Part shown: one piece after another, positions 62,900 to 64,000 of the stretch
How positions within the stretch are numbered: the stretch's first letter is position 1
Layout: the number at the start of each line of letters is the position of its first letter
Assembly (NCBI GenBank): GCA_028534125.1
Contig: CM052816.1
Coordinates: 16,308,001 to 16,372,000, forward strand
Direction of reading: 5' to 3'
Length of the DNA stretch: 64,000 nucleotides
Source of the DNA: Lama glama
Lineage: Eukaryota
Notes under the pieces: model-generated
What the model was told of the DNA's origin: nothing
What the model saw: the letters and a program-made list of their open reading frames with translations, nothing else
Databases searched by the model: none
Program-made: the position numbers and the translations under genes

Positions 62900-64000
62900 A
62901 TTCACTTGTGTCCTTGGCATTGAAGAGCCAGTAATAAGAAAATAAGGCTTCCTGTCCTTGTGATGGTTACAGTGAAACAAACGGATGTGTAATTAGTTCA
63001 ACACTATGAGCAATGAGGGCAGAGTAAAGATTTATCAGGTCTTTCTGATGAGGGGACTTTTGACAAGACACCTGAAAGAGATTCTGAGAAGGCACAGGTG
63101 TATCTGTGGGTAAAGTGGAACCACACATGCAAAGGGTGAATAACAAAGGACAGTGAGAGGAAAAGTCAGAGATGGCAAGAGGCCATACCCATCATTTAGG
63201 GCTTTGGCTTGTACTGAGGAACATGGAAGCCACATGGAAGGTTTACGCTAAAAGAATGACATGCTTTGACTTGTCTTATATAAGGGATTACTGTGGATGC
63301 CTTGGGGAACAGGACAATCAGGGAAACCTTCCGGGGAGGAGGGAGGTTACTGCAATGGTCCACATACAGATGATCGTGGGAGCCACTTCCTGGCATGTGC
63401 CCCCAGGTGTTGTCCCCTCCCACGGTGGACCAGGGGTGGTCTATGTCACCAACAGAGTACTGCAGCAGGGATGGCGTACCACTTTTGAGATCAGGTTTTA
63501 AAAAACACTGTGGCTGCTTTCTGGCTGCCGTTCTCTTGGATCATTCACTCTGGGGAAGCCAGCTGCCTGCCATGTTGTGAGCTGCTCAACGAGAAGGCCC
63601 ATGTGGCATGCACCCAGGCCTTCTGCCAACAGCCATGCGAAGGAGCCTGGAAGCAGATCTGCCAGCTCATCAAGCTGTCAGACTGCAGCCCCTCCAGAGA
63701 CAACCCCCCCCACCCCAGTCAGAACCGCTACTAGATTCTTGACCTTCAGAAACGGTGAGGGTGACTTTTGTTGTCTTAGCTGCTAAGTTTTAGGGCAAGT
63801 TTGTTACATAGTAATAGAAACGAATACAATGATGAGGGCTTAGACCAGGTGATGGCCAACAGAGTGGGTGTAGTTGGACCCAGCATACATTTTTAAGAAT
63901 TTGGACAGGTCCAGTTTGAGATATTAAGACATCCAAGTGGAGAGTTTGAGGCAGACAGGAAAGTCCAGTTCCAGGAGAAGTCGGCATTTGGATGGTATTT
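62900..64000 (-). mobile_element. L2 (antisense) interrupted by an MLT1 LTR
   Basis: gaggggacttttgacaagacacctgaa; tttggcttgtactgagg..atggaagccacatggaaggttt; gtttgagatattaagacatccaagtggaga. Confidence 0.7.
63375..63828 (+). mobile_element. MLT1F-like MaLR solo LTR nested in L2
   Basis: cactctggggaagccagctgcc..ccatgttgtgag; gctaagttttagggcaagtttgttacatagtaataga...aataca. Confidence 0.85.

Noticed and set aside
55302..64000. 3' end of the convergent neighbour CTNNA1, expected from human synteny
   Set aside because: No CTNNA1 exon or UTR recognised; probably beyond the window end.
1..64000. CRISPR arrays, operons, defence systems, tRNA/rRNA/snoRNA genes or another novel multi-gene system
   Set aside because: Mammalian intronic and intergenic DNA; no repeat-spacer array, RNA-gene signature or unexplained coding cluster seen.

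Overview
Mammalian nuclear DNA, probably a camelid or other cetartiodactyl, judged from the L1 3' ends and the absence of Alu, B1/B2, Bov-A, PRE and CAN SINEs. The window holds the 3' part of SIL1, the ER nucleotide-exchange factor for BiP/HSPA5, on the + strand. About 50 kb of a long intron (intron 7 by human numbering) is followed by the last three coding exons at 50297-50393, 50856-51020 and 54780-55136. The protein ends in KELR-stop, the poly(A) signal is ATTAAA at 55278, and about 8.7 kb of downstream intergenic DNA follows. The rest is mostly decayed transposable elements (L1, L2, L3/CR1, MIR, MLT1/ERV1 LTRs, hAT and Tigger MITEs) plus three gaps of exactly 500 N. I found no credible novel biological system. 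The most notable signal is that the 18.4-kb gap-bounded block 17884-36315 looks inverted relative to its flanks, probably a scaffolding error. The others are a distant-branch-point architecture at the last-exon acceptor and several G-quadruplex and candidate enhancer motifs. Repeat family names and human exon comparisons come from recalled consensus sequences, not from a database search.
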